IMG/VR virus record: IMGVR_UViG_3300028586_000445
Span: 1 to 29,392 of that record
Source: a virus
Taxonomy: Duplodnaviria; Caudoviricetes
Strand: one strand, 5' to 3'
DNA length: 29,392 nt
The translations under genes and the position numbers were made by a program. Every line of letters starts with the position of its first letter. Position 1 is the first letter of the stretch. This document shows positions 17,049-25,036 of this stretch, piece after piece. The notes under the pieces were generated by a model. That model was not told the DNA's origin and searched no databases. It saw only the letters and a program-made list of their open reading frames with translations.

Positions 17049-17516
17049 TTGCCCGGTATCGGGCAATTTACTGCACCCTGAAGGCAGCAGCGGAGTAAAA
17101 GGCAAGCTGATCCAAGCCGGCTTATCCCAACACCTGATGCGCGCCTGCGCCCACCAAGTGTTGTGCTTGAACTGGTCCGCTCTCCCGTAACCGGCTGTTC
17201 AACACGCGCGCGCTGCAGGCTCCATGTTGTCGAAAGTGCAATCCATCAACAGATTTCGTTGATAAGCCTGTGCATAAGGGTGCCTCCACGGAAAAACCAC
17301 AAGAGGAATGCCGGGCGCCGAGCTGGAAGACTGCGGCGAGCACAACACGCCCGCCAGCGCGGTTAGGAAAACCCACCACAAGACCGCTAGTTACCACCGG
17401 CAGGATGATGTGCTCGCTGCCGACACACTTGCGATTCCTGTACGGGCCGAAGTCGTGACAGCAGCATAGGTGACACAATAGGAGACCGCGTTGGTCTCCT
17501 TAACCACTGGAGCCAT

Positions 17517-17672
17517 ATGCTTATCAAATTTACCCCGGCCACTCTCAACGCCCTGGCCCGGCTCGTTTGCGTTTTCGACCGCCATCCGCGCGGCGCGGCC
17601 ATGCTCATCGTGTTCATGATCGTCACTGGCGGCCTGATGGCGATACCCTACCTGCCTGCGGTGATGGCTTGA
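17517..17672 (+). CDS. Small membrane protein, 51 aa (not in the ORF track)
   Basis: GGAG RBS; MLIKFTPATLNALARLVCVFDRHPRGAAMLIVFMIVTGGLMAIPYLPAVMA; leader hairpin at 17480-17500. Confidence 0.6.
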   Translation: MLIKFTPATLNALARLVCVFDRHPRGAAMLIVFMIVTGGLMAIPYLPAVMA

Positions 17673-17733
17673 GCCGTGGCGCACCGTTGAGCAGGATCAC
17701 CGGCCGGCGCCGTGCCGACGGTACCGTGCACGC

Positions 17734-17955
17734 ATGCCTACCTCGACCACCTCCAGCGCCGGCGCCGATCGGCCGAATGCCGCCCTCGCCGTCGCCGTCG
17801 ACCAGGCGCTCGCCGTGCTCGAGCAGCAGGGTGCCCGCGCAGCCGCCGACTTCCTGCAGGCGCGCGGTGCCGGGTTCTCGCTTACATGTCGGGTTCTGAC
17901 AGATCCGGGGCGCCGCCGCCCACAACCGGCAACTCATCTCCGTATTCCCACATGA
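17734..17955 (+). CDS. Hypothetical protein
   Basis: Helical 73-aa ORF; overlaps the 3' end of the convergent gene. Confidence 0.45.
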   Translation: MPTSTTSSAGADRPNAALAVAVDQALAVLEQQGARAAADFLQARGAGFSLTCRVLTDPGRRRPQPATHLRIPT

Positions 17956-18247
17956 GGTAGGAGCGCATTGCAGCCACAAGCGGGGAGACGTCCGGCCGGC
18001 TGTAGTCGTCCCGCCGGCCATGCTTCCCCATCCAGCGCCCGAAGTCGTGCACCAGGTCGATCTTCTCGCGATCGATGATCGGGCCGCCCTGGGCCCAGTT
18101 GGTCGACGGGCTGAAGGCTTCCCCGTTCTCGATGACGCACATTTCGGAGCCGGCGCCGTGCGGCGCGACGATCTCGACCTGCAGGCCCTGCGCCGTCCCG
18201 ACCCAGTAATCGAGCAGCAGCCCGGCTTCGAAGTAGGCGATTTTCAT
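17882..18247 (-). CDS. DUF2591/NinX-family phage protein
   Basis: LDYWV..A.G, FSPSTNWAQGGPIIDREKI, PLVAAMR...YGDE. Confidence 0.85.
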   Translation of the reverse strand: MKIAYFEAGLLLDYWVGTAQGLQVEIVAPHGAGSEMCVIENGEAFSPSTNWAQGGPIIDREKIDLVHDFGRWMGKHGRRDDYSRPDVSPLVAAMRSYLMWEYGDELPVVGGGAPDLSEPDM

Positions 18248-18322
18248 GTGTGCTCCGTCGTCATGCTGGCATTCTATGGGATTGGTGCCTGGGCGCCCGC
18301 CCGGCTATACACTGGAGAGTCC

Positions 18323-18556
18323 ATGTCCGTATATGACACGTTCCTCACCCCCGAAGAGATTGCCTTCCTCACTGGCCGTAAAAAGCGGGAGCTGCAAGTC
18401 GAAGCGCTCCGCAATATGGGCATCCCCTTCTGGGTCAATGCAATCCATGCGCCGATCGTGGCGCGCGCGACCATTGAAGGACGCAGGGAGAAGGTCGAGC
18501 CACCCGAGGCTCCGTGGGTGCCTGAGGTGCTGAGGAATGAGAAGAAGGCCAGGTAG
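18323..18556 (+). CDS. DUF4224 protein (Xis-like, normally integrase-linked)
   Basis: FLTPEEIAFLTGRK....QVEALRNMGIPFWVN....PIVAR; GGAG RBS. Confidence 0.85.
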   Translation: MSVYDTFLTPEEIAFLTGRKKRELQVEALRNMGIPFWVNAIHAPIVARATIEGRREKVEPPEAPWVPEVLRNEKKAR

Positions 18557-18561
18557 GCGGA

Positions 18562-19284
18562 TTACAAGGACGGCCGGCGCGCGTCGACAATCTTCATCAA
18601 GTGGCTAGCCATGACGATCATTTCGGTGGCGTCGACGGTACTGAGCTGGACCCTGCGATGGCTGTGCGGGTTTTTGTAGGAACCGAGGGCGCCGGCCATC
18701 ATCTGGAGCAAGGCAACTCGCTCCCCAGGCGGCGCATCCATATCTGCCAGCGGGCCGCCTTTCTCGCCAAAGGCCTTCTGGGCCAGGGCAACACCAAAGT
18801 CGTCAGCCGAGAACCCGCCCGCCGCGCGGATCGCGACCTCGAGCTCGCGGAAGGCCTGAAACACGGCCGTGTCGTATTCACCTCTCATGAATGCCGGCCA
18901 GCAGGACTTGACGAGCTCAGCGTGCAGGATGGCGCGCGGAAGCTGTACCGAGTTGGTGTAAGCGGCCACGCCGGCCCGGTTCTTCAGCTGCATGCCGCGA
19001 CGGGTCACGAAATGCCAGCCGAATGTGTCGCCCGGCTTCGGGGCAATCAGACCCTCGCGCACAAGCCAGTTCCACCCCTCCGCCATCGCATATTCCACTT
19101 GGCTGCGTTTGTGCTCCTGGAATGGCCCTAGGGTATCCGGGTGGGTAAAGGACGTCGGGTGAAGACGAGAACTGCCGTTCGGGGAACCCGACATGATCAG
19201 CTCAAGGCCGACGCCAGCGAGTTCCTCAGGTTCCAGCGCCAGAACTGAGTCTGCATCGGGGATCAAGTCGTAGAGAGTTGTCAT
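18562..19284 (-). CDS. TIGR02391 (Ymh-like) family protein
   Basis: LH......W..F.RGEYDTAVFQAFRELEVAIR, GV.L..KAF, YKNPHSHR. Confidence 0.85.
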   Translation of the reverse strand: MTTLYDLIPDADSVLALEPEELAGVGLELIMSGSPNGSSRLHPTSFTHPDTLGPFQEHKRSQVEYAMAEGWNWLVREGLIAPKPGDTFGWHFVTRRGMQLKNRAGVAAYTNSVQLPRAILHAELVKSCWPAFMRGEYDTAVFQAFRELEVAIRAAGGFSADDFGVALAQKAFGEKGGPLADMDAPPGERVALLQMMAGALGSYKNPHSHRRVQLSTVDATEMIVMASHLMKIVDARRPSL

Positions 19285-19569
19285 GCGCTGGAGGTTCTGT
19301 GCTCGCCAGCTGGCGGCAGTCAATCGGGAAGCACTATAAGAGAAAGATTCTACGCGCCCGTATGCTGGGCGCCAAAACCGAAACCGAAGGTACCCGTTGG
19401 GGCCCACCAAGGTAACCGGCTGGATTTTGCGCCTACTAGTGGAAGCTGAACATTCAGCCGTGAGAACCGACTCAATCTTGAGTGGCGCCACTTCAATCTA
19501 AAAAGAGACACTTTTTTGCGCTTTCCCTAGGGAAAGTGCTTTCCTATGAATTTCATAGGCTTTTTTTCT

Positions 19570-19598
19570 TTGACCTTGATCCAAGAGTAGGAAATAAT
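19570..19598 (+). promoter_or_regulatory. sigma70 promoter with no sense ORF downstream (antisense RNA promoter)
   Basis: TTGACC-17-AATAAT. Confidence 0.65.
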
Positions 19599-19670
19599 CG
19601 CCTTGTTGCTTGACGTTATTGCCTTCTGGAAAGCGAAGGCCGGTTTGCAGACCGACCCCCGCTCTCTAAG

Positions 19671-19775
19671 TTAGATAATAGGAACTGCAGTCACCAAGGT
19701 GAGCGCAGCGAAGATGAGTGCAACATCGAGTTTGATGGAGACACTCGTTTTTCCAGTAGTTACGGTAAGCAACAT
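19671..19775 (-). CDS. Small hydrophobic peptide, 34 aa; candidate type I toxin
   Basis: MLLTVTTGKTSVSIKLDVALIFAALTLVTAVPII; AGAGAG RBS; not in the ORF track. Confidence 0.6.
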   Translation of the reverse strand: MLLTVTTGKTSVSIKLDVALIFAALTLVTAVPII

Positions 19776-19810
19776 AGTATTACTCTCTAAAGTAGTTAAA
19801 GTTTCACCAA

Positions 19811-19840
19811 GAAGCCAGGGTTGCCCCCCTGGCTTTTTGC
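19811..19840 (+). terminator. Intrinsic terminator-like hairpin
   Basis: AAGCCAGGG-TTGCCC-CCCTGGCTT followed by Ts. Confidence 0.65.
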
Positions 19841-20052
19841 GTTTACGGGTTTGCTAAGTACCCGCGACATAATTATGCCAACGACCTGTTGATTTGCGGA
19901 AAAATTCCCTTGTAAATCAAAGATTTTTCTCGTGCATCGCGAAAATCCAACGTGTGTAAGGACGACTACGCCACGAAACATTTCATCGGTGATCACTTCT
20001 GTTATTTGTTTTGAAATAAATACAGACAAGAAGTCTACTGTCATCGAACCCG

Positions 20053-20165
20053 CGTTCAAAAACGACCGTTTATGGACATCACACAAGAACACACAAAAAC
20101 ACTGTTCATAAAATAGGTGTTTGACTTATGAACATGTTCAAATGTAGAATATACGTTATTGGACA
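20053..20165. promoter_or_regulatory. res site (three resolvase-binding subsites) overlapping the resolvase promoter
   Basis: Three [CT]GTTCA...TG[GA]ACA inverted pairs with different spacers; TTGACT-18-TAGAAT. Confidence 0.8.
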
Positions 20166-20189
20166 TGCTCACGCGGGAACAGAGGAAAA

Positions 20190-20780
20190 ATGGCAATCTT
20201 CGGATACGGTCGGGTCAGCACAAAGGAACAAACGACGGAAAATCAGCGCCGCGAGATCGAGGTGGCCGGCTACCAAGTCGAATACTGGTATGCCGATGAT
20301 GGCGTGTCAGGGAAGGTGTCAGCGCTGCAGCGTCCGCAGTTCGCGAAGATGCTCGGCCAGATCCGCGATGGGGAAACCCTGGTGGTGACGAAACTCGACC
20401 GCCTCGGCCGTGATGCGCAAGACGTCGGCGCGACGATCAAGATGCTAGCCGGGCGCCGTATCGAGGTCATCGTTCTCCAGCTGGGCAAGCTCGACCTGAC
20501 CAGTGCCGCCGGCAAGCTGATGCTGACGATGCTCGCCGCCGTCGCCGAGATGGAGCGGGATCTGCTGGTGGAGCGCACCCAGTCCGGCCTGGCCCGAGCC
20601 AAGGCTGAGGGCAAGACACTCGGCCGCCCAACGCTGACCACGGATGCCGATCGACGCGCGATCACTGAAGCCCACGCGGCCGGCGTATCGATCAGTACCC
20701 TGGCGCGCATCCACAATCTTTCGCGGGCGACTGTCATGCGGGTCGTGAAGCCGGTCGGCGCCGATGCTACTGCAGGCTAG
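20190..20780 (+). CDS. Serine recombinase (resolvase/invertase family)
   Basis: YGRVST, DGVSG, TKLDRLGR, ERTQSGLARAKAEG..LGRP, C-terminal HTH. Confidence 0.95.
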   Translation: MAIFGYGRVSTKEQTTENQRREIEVAGYQVEYWYADDGVSGKVSALQRPQFAKMLGQIRDGETLVVTKLDRLGRDAQDVGATIKMLAGRRIEVIVLQLGKLDLTSAAGKLMLTMLAAVAEMERDLLVERTQSGLARAKAEGKTLGRPTLTTDADRRAITEAHAAGVSISTLARIHNLSRATVMRVVKPVGADATAG

Positions 20781-21019
20781 ATATCGGAGGTAATGCCGAT
20801 CAATGCCCGCTCCCAAGCTCCGGGGGCTGTATGGTCAAACTCGATGAGAACGCGACCTGTGCTGTCTCGGGACGTCACGACCTTGTGTGAGCTGACATCT
20901 ACGATTTCAAAGAGCCCAGGGTAATCGTTCCGCAGTGGCACTGGGCCATCTTCAACGCAAATCACATCCAGATTCGGATCGAGTTTGCTCAGTTTCGCCA
21001 TCAGCTCTTTGACTTTCAT
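20777..21019 (-). CDS. Hypothetical protein
   Basis: AAGGA RBS; MKVKELMAKLSKLDPNLDV phage-type N-terminus. Confidence 0.65.
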   Translation of the reverse strand: MKVKELMAKLSKLDPNLDVICVEDGPVPLRNDYPGLFEIVDVSSHKVVTSRDSTGRVLIEFDHTAPGAWERALIGITSDI

Positions 21020-21151
21020 ACCGTCCTTGTTCAAGGGTCCGTAGGATGGTCACGATCATAATACGACTTCTCATCGCAAGAACATCTACGGCTCGGCGCG
21101 CCGCCTTCTGTGGTCGTCAAATCCCTCGAAACCCGCATGAATGCTGGGTTT

Positions 21152-21197
21152 CAAAAACGCTTACCTGATAATACGACTTATCAGGTAAGCGTTTTTG
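21152..21197. repeat. Perfect 20-bp inverted repeat with 6-bp spacer (tyrosine-recombinase-like core)
   Basis: CAAAAACGCTTACCTGATAA-TACGAC-TTATCAGGTAAGCGTTTTTG. Confidence 0.85.
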
Positions 21198-21387
21198 GTG
21201 GTGGCGCGCCGGCTTCTCTCTTCGGCGCGCCGAGCTGGGACTGCGGCGCGCCGACTATGATGGACTGTAATTTCCTATGACTACTGAGGGTGATGTTGGC
21301 TCGGTTCAGGATCTTCACGCGACATCACGCAACATCACCCGACGTCCCGCTTGCTCATTTTTGATCACATGTGTGATAAAATTCTTC

Positions 21388-21525
21388 CCAAGACGGTTCG
21401 AGAGCGAGTGAAAGACGAACGTGCTGCCCAAAGAAATTTGGGTCCTGCGGATAGCAGGGGTAACAGAACCTCGCAAGGCAAACCTAGTTTGCCGAGACAA
21501 GGCCCTGCGGGGCCTTTTTCTTTTT
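21388..21525 (+). ncRNA. Candidate structured sRNA convergent with the HtrC-like gene
   Basis: Extended -10 TGnTAAAAT (21374-21382), three hairpins (21426-43, 21444-58, 21477-93) and a terminator at 21499-21525. Confidence 0.55.
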
Positions 21526-22065
21526 CTTCGCCGGTTTCGGCTTCTTCTCCCGCGGCGGGAACGCTTCAGCGATCTGGCCGGCCAGGGACACAAACCGCCA
21601 GTTCTGTGCGTTGGTCTTTGCGACCAACGGCTTCAGGTAGGCGCTCTTGACGAACATCCGGACTGCCGGCGCCTTCGCGCGCTTGTCCTTCTCCAGGTTG
21701 AAGAAGATCGAATAGCTTTGCTGCCCCGTGATCGACTCCAGGGTGATATGCGCGGCGTAGGTGTAGCTCTCGTCCGCATTGTAGATCGTCCCCTTCAGCA
21801 TGGCCTGCATCAGCTGCGGAAGCTGCAGGGAACACTCGTAGCGCAACGGATCGAATGCGCGCGTCTCGCCCTTGTACGTGTAGCGGTGGTCAGGCCGGTG
21901 CACGGCGTCATCGAAGCCCTCGGTGAAGCAGTGGCACCCAAAGGTCACATGCATGTCGATGACAAGGCTTCCATCCGTATTGAGAGGAACCTTCATCTGC
22001 AGCGGCTGCAGGTGACCAAAGGTGTAAGTAATGCCCTCGAACGGCTTATTGTGGAAATTACTCAT
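21484..22065 (-). CDS. HtrC/YjaZ-like protein
   Basis: VTFGCHCFT, ETRAFDPLRY and MFVKSAY parallel E. coli YjaZ VTYSLHCFT, ESRPFCQHRY and LHVTSAY as recalled. Confidence 0.7.
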   Translation of the reverse strand: MSNFHNKPFEGITYTFGHLQPLQMKVPLNTDGSLVIDMHVTFGCHCFTEGFDDAVHRPDHRYTYKGETRAFDPLRYECSLQLPQLMQAMLKGTIYNADESYTYAAHITLESITGQQSYSIFFNLEKDKRAKAPAVRMFVKSAYLKPLVAKTNAQNWRFVSLAGQIAEAFPPREKKPKPAKKKKKAPQGLVSAN

Positions 22066-22576
22066 CCTTTACCTTCTTGGGCTTTACCGGGTTGGCGACC
22101 AGGCCGCCGACCTTCGTCAAGGCCTTGGCCTTTTTCTTCGTTTCCTGTTTCTCCTGTTTGAGCTTGGTAAATTCAGGCTCGAACTTCTTCAATTTCTTCA
22201 CCAGGCCGTCCAGGTTGTACTCGTTGTTTTGCTGCCCACCTTTGTAGTGGTACCGCGGGTTACGCTTGATAAAGCCGTCGGCCTCCAGCTGAGCCATATG
22301 ACGCTGGATCTGACGTTCAGTGATGCCCATGCGCGAAGCAAGCTCAGCCTTGCTCGGGAAAGGCATCTTGTCGTGGTCCCACCAAAAGTCCGCCAGGTGC
22401 AGCAGGAGTACCAGTTGGGTCGGGCTGAGATTCAAGCGCGCTTGAGCCCAGAAGATCATCGAAGGGATCATCGAGTACCCGAGCTTCATCACGGCCGGGC
22501 CCCATTTCTTGTCGGCCTCGAAGACGTCTTTGGGGTGGAGTTGGACCACGTTGTCGGTGGTAGAATTTGCGTTCAT
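22058..22576 (-). CDS. Winged-HTH (HTH_36-like) Rep-like DNA-binding protein
   Basis: FPSKAELASRMGITERQIQRHMAQLEADGFIKR...NEY. Confidence 0.8.
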   Translation of the reverse strand: MNANSTTDNVVQLHPKDVFEADKKWGPAVMKLGYSMIPSMIFWAQARLNLSPTQLVLLLHLADFWWDHDKMPFPSKAELASRMGITERQIQRHMAQLEADGFIKRNPRYHYKGGQQNNEYNLDGLVKKLKKFEPEFTKLKQEKQETKKKAKALTKVGGLVANPVKPKKVKDE

Positions 22577-22957
22577 TGGTGTACCTTTATTAGTTGCGTT
22601 GGTGGGCTCGCGTATGAGGGAACGATACGGACATTGCCGGGCGAAAGCAAGAATTTGGGGGCGACATTTCTTACCAGGCCCCCAAGACATCTATGTCCAG
22701 AACGGGAGGTCGCCAATGTCCTCCGAAGCATAACGGATAGATGCATGACGCAACGAAGCGATACGAACAAGGACAAGACAGTCCTGGTAGGGAATGTCTA
22801 GGGGGCTGCTCATTTTTTACTCAGGCTGACGACCACCTTGTGGCACAGTTGCCGCCATGTCCCCTATCCTGCCTTCACTAATTTTGCCGGCCGGGTGTTC
22901 AGCCGCTGAACTGCGGCCGGTTTACGCTACCTTCCTGTCTCCATACGGAGAAACCCC

Positions 22958-23530
22958 ATGGACGTGATCCTGGATCGAGAGGAGCTTTACCGTGACGTCT
23001 GGTCGAAAGCTACCGGCATGGTGGCGCGCAAATATGACCTGAGCGAGGGCGAGATACGGAAAGCGTGCTTCGCACTGGATGTGCCAAGGCCTGCCCGAGG
23101 GTACTGGGCGAAACTCAAAACAGGCGATGCGCCTCCAGTTCCCCCACTTCCACCAAGTGGCGCGTCGACGTACGTTTGTAAAGCACCCACACGTCGCCCC
23201 ACGCCTGGCAGGGAGCCCGTCCCGAAGCCGGCCAAGGAGAAGGAGTCGCTTGTCGATTGGGTCCTGAAGAACCGTACAGATCTGCAGGCGAAGGGGCCGG
23301 TTCGCACGCCCCCACCGCCGCACAATTCGATGCACCTCCTACCTGAGGACACGATCGGCCTTCCCAGGTACATACCGATCGCGGCCTGGGCTGAGCTGCT
23401 ACTTGGAGAGCATGCCCCGCACTTCAACACGCTCCGCCGCTGGGTGCACGATGGGATGATCCAGCCGCGGCCAGTAAAGATCGGCAAGCGGTGGTGTGTT
23501 CGGAAGGATGCCGCATACATCCCTGATTAG
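22958..23530 (+). CDS. Two-domain DNA-binding protein with C-terminal excisionase-like domain
   Basis: N-terminal REELY..VWS...RGYWAK; C-terminal PHFNTLRRWVHDGMIQPRPVKIGKRW.V..DAAY. Confidence 0.75.
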   Translation: MDVILDREELYRDVWSKATGMVARKYDLSEGEIRKACFALDVPRPARGYWAKLKTGDAPPVPPLPPSGASTYVCKAPTRRPTPGREPVPKPAKEKESLVDWVLKNRTDLQAKGPVRTPPPPHNSMHLLPEDTIGLPRYIPIAAWAELLLGEHAPHFNTLRRWVHDGMIQPRPVKIGKRWCVRKDAAYIPD

Positions 23531-23844
23531 GATGCGCCTGGGTCGATCGTGCACAGCCACGACTGCGCATAGTTCACCACCCTCCCGTCGACCTGCACCC
23601 GCTCAAAGCCGGCCATCGTAAAGCGGCTGTCGCTCATCCACACCAGGTGTGGCTCGTACAGCACCTCCTGGCGCCGTAGCGGCCCCTCGCCGGCCGTGTG
23701 CCGCGCCACCTTGATCGACCGGCCTACACCATCGTCACGCACGTCCATCACCTCCAGCTGGCCAGGCGGCGGCGTGTACTCGCGCAGCTTCCACTTCGGC
23801 AGGTCCACGCCTTCCTTCCTCATCTTGATAATTCTGCATCTCAT
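23527..23844 (-). CDS. SOS-regulated hypothetical protein
   Basis: ORF MRCRIIKMRKEG...YAQSWLC starts 7 nt past a LexA box. Confidence 0.7.
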   Translation of the reverse strand: MRCRIIKMRKEGVDLPKWKLREYTPPPGQLEVMDVRDDGVGRSIKVARHTAGEGPLRRQEVLYEPHLVWMSDSRFTMAGFERVQVDGRVVNYAQSWLCTIDPGAS

Positions 23845-23851
23845 GCGGATA

Positions 23852-23867
23852 CTGTATGCGCATACAG
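23852..23867. promoter_or_regulatory. LexA (SOS) box
   Basis: CTGTATGCGCATACAG (CTGT-N8-ACAG) within a 22-bp palindrome overlapping TTGGCA-18-TACAGT. Confidence 0.88.
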
Positions 23868-24009
23868 TATTTTTTGCCAAGAGTGCCCAGCAGATTCCAC
23901 TACTCTAGTGCGCTCTCGGCTCAAGCTATCCGATGGTATCCACTAGTACCCAGCGGTATTCTCTGCCCTCGCGCGCGCGGAACGTTCAGCCTTGGCGCCC
24001 GTCTTTGGG

Positions 24010-24279
24010 TCAACTCGGCTTCACCCGCAGTTTCATCCCCTCGCACGATCTGGCGAACTCAGCCGCCCTTTTCTCAAGCTCCATCGTCGATGTACTCGCT
24101 GCAGGCACGGGTCTTCCCGGCCCATGCAATCGCAGCCACGCTTTGCACTCAGCCAGGTTATACCGGTGGGACCGCGCGCCGACTGGGGTGAATGGAAGCC
24201 CGGCGCGCTCCAGCCTACGAATGGTCGATTCGCTGACGCCGAGCTCTGCGCAGATCTGCTGCCTGTTCAGCTCATCCAT
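24010..24279 (-). CDS. Nu1/MerR-like wHTH protein
   Basis: LNRQQICAELGVSESTIRRLERAGLP......RYNLAECKAWL. Confidence 0.75.
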   Translation of the reverse strand: MDELNRQQICAELGVSESTIRRLERAGLPFTPVGARSHRYNLAECKAWLRLHGPGRPVPAASTSTMELEKRAAEFARSCEGMKLRVKPS

Positions 24280-24483
24280 CGTTCGCCCGTGATTGGAAGG
24301 AGAGATGAGCCTACCACCGAGTGCGGCTCCGATCGCGTCCTGAATCTGAGGTTTTCTGAGGAGGCGCCTCGCGCGTACGCGCGTTACCTGTCGCATCCTT
24401 CGTTCGCATACTCCCCATATCCAATCCGAACAGGTGCCAAAATCGTTCAGAAATCGCTGCTCTAAACACGCGCCACCTATAAC

Positions 24484-24496
24484 TAAGTATTTGATT
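24484..24496 (-). promoter_or_regulatory. IHF consensus site
   Basis: AATCAAATACTTA matches WATCAANNNNTTR. Confidence 0.5.
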
Positions 24497-24661
24497 CTGA
24501 AGTGTTTTGTTTATAAACCGCTGTTCGGAAAAAAGCTATGGTCGAGATGCCGTAACGAACCGTAATTTACGGATTGTGGGCTCCCAGCGAGCCTTGGAGA
24601 GTGCGCCCGGTTGACGGTACTGCCTCGCGCGCGCACGCGATGTCGGAAGAAATAGGGACGC

Positions 24662-24961
24662 TCAGCCGCCGCAGCGCAGGGCTTCGCCCACGACCGATGC
24701 GCCCTCGGCCCAGTCCGACGAGGTCGACACGACGTAGAAGGCATTGGCGCCGGCGGCCGCGGCTTCGTTTAAGGCAGACTTCATAGCGTTGCCGGGCTTG
24801 TCCGGGCCGAGCCGCTGATTGAAGGTCACCAGTTTGATGGTCTGGCACTTTTCCTTCTGGGCGGCGGTCACGATCTGGACCTTCTGGGCCGCATCGGTGA
24901 GGGGAGTTGCGCACCCTGCCAACAGGGCCAGGGCGGCGCAGATGAGGACGGGTTTCAGCAT
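24662..24961 (-). CDS. Small lipoprotein
   Basis: Signal peptide with lipobox LAGC; GGAG RBS. Confidence 0.8.
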   Translation of the reverse strand: MLKPVLICAALALLAGCATPLTDAAQKVQIVTAAQKEKCQTIKLVTFNQRLGPDKPGNAMKSALNEAAAAGANAFYVVSTSSDWAEGASVVGEALRCGG

Positions 24962-25036
24962 CGGTCGACTCCGGGCAATTTAGAAAGTTGCCACAGTAAC
25001 ACAACAGGTCAACCGACTATTCGACCACCTTGATAG

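Noticed and set aside
17257-17277. DnaA boxes defining an origin downstream of rep
   Set aside because: One TTATGCACA match and one degenerate copy are too little to call an origin
20053-20780. Tn3-family transposon or invertible segment
   Set aside because: No transposase or terminal inverted repeats seen; res plus resolvase fits plasmid multimer resolution
21152-21197. Protelomerase (telRL) site
   Set aside because: The centre is an asymmetric 6-bp spacer and no TelN-like gene is present
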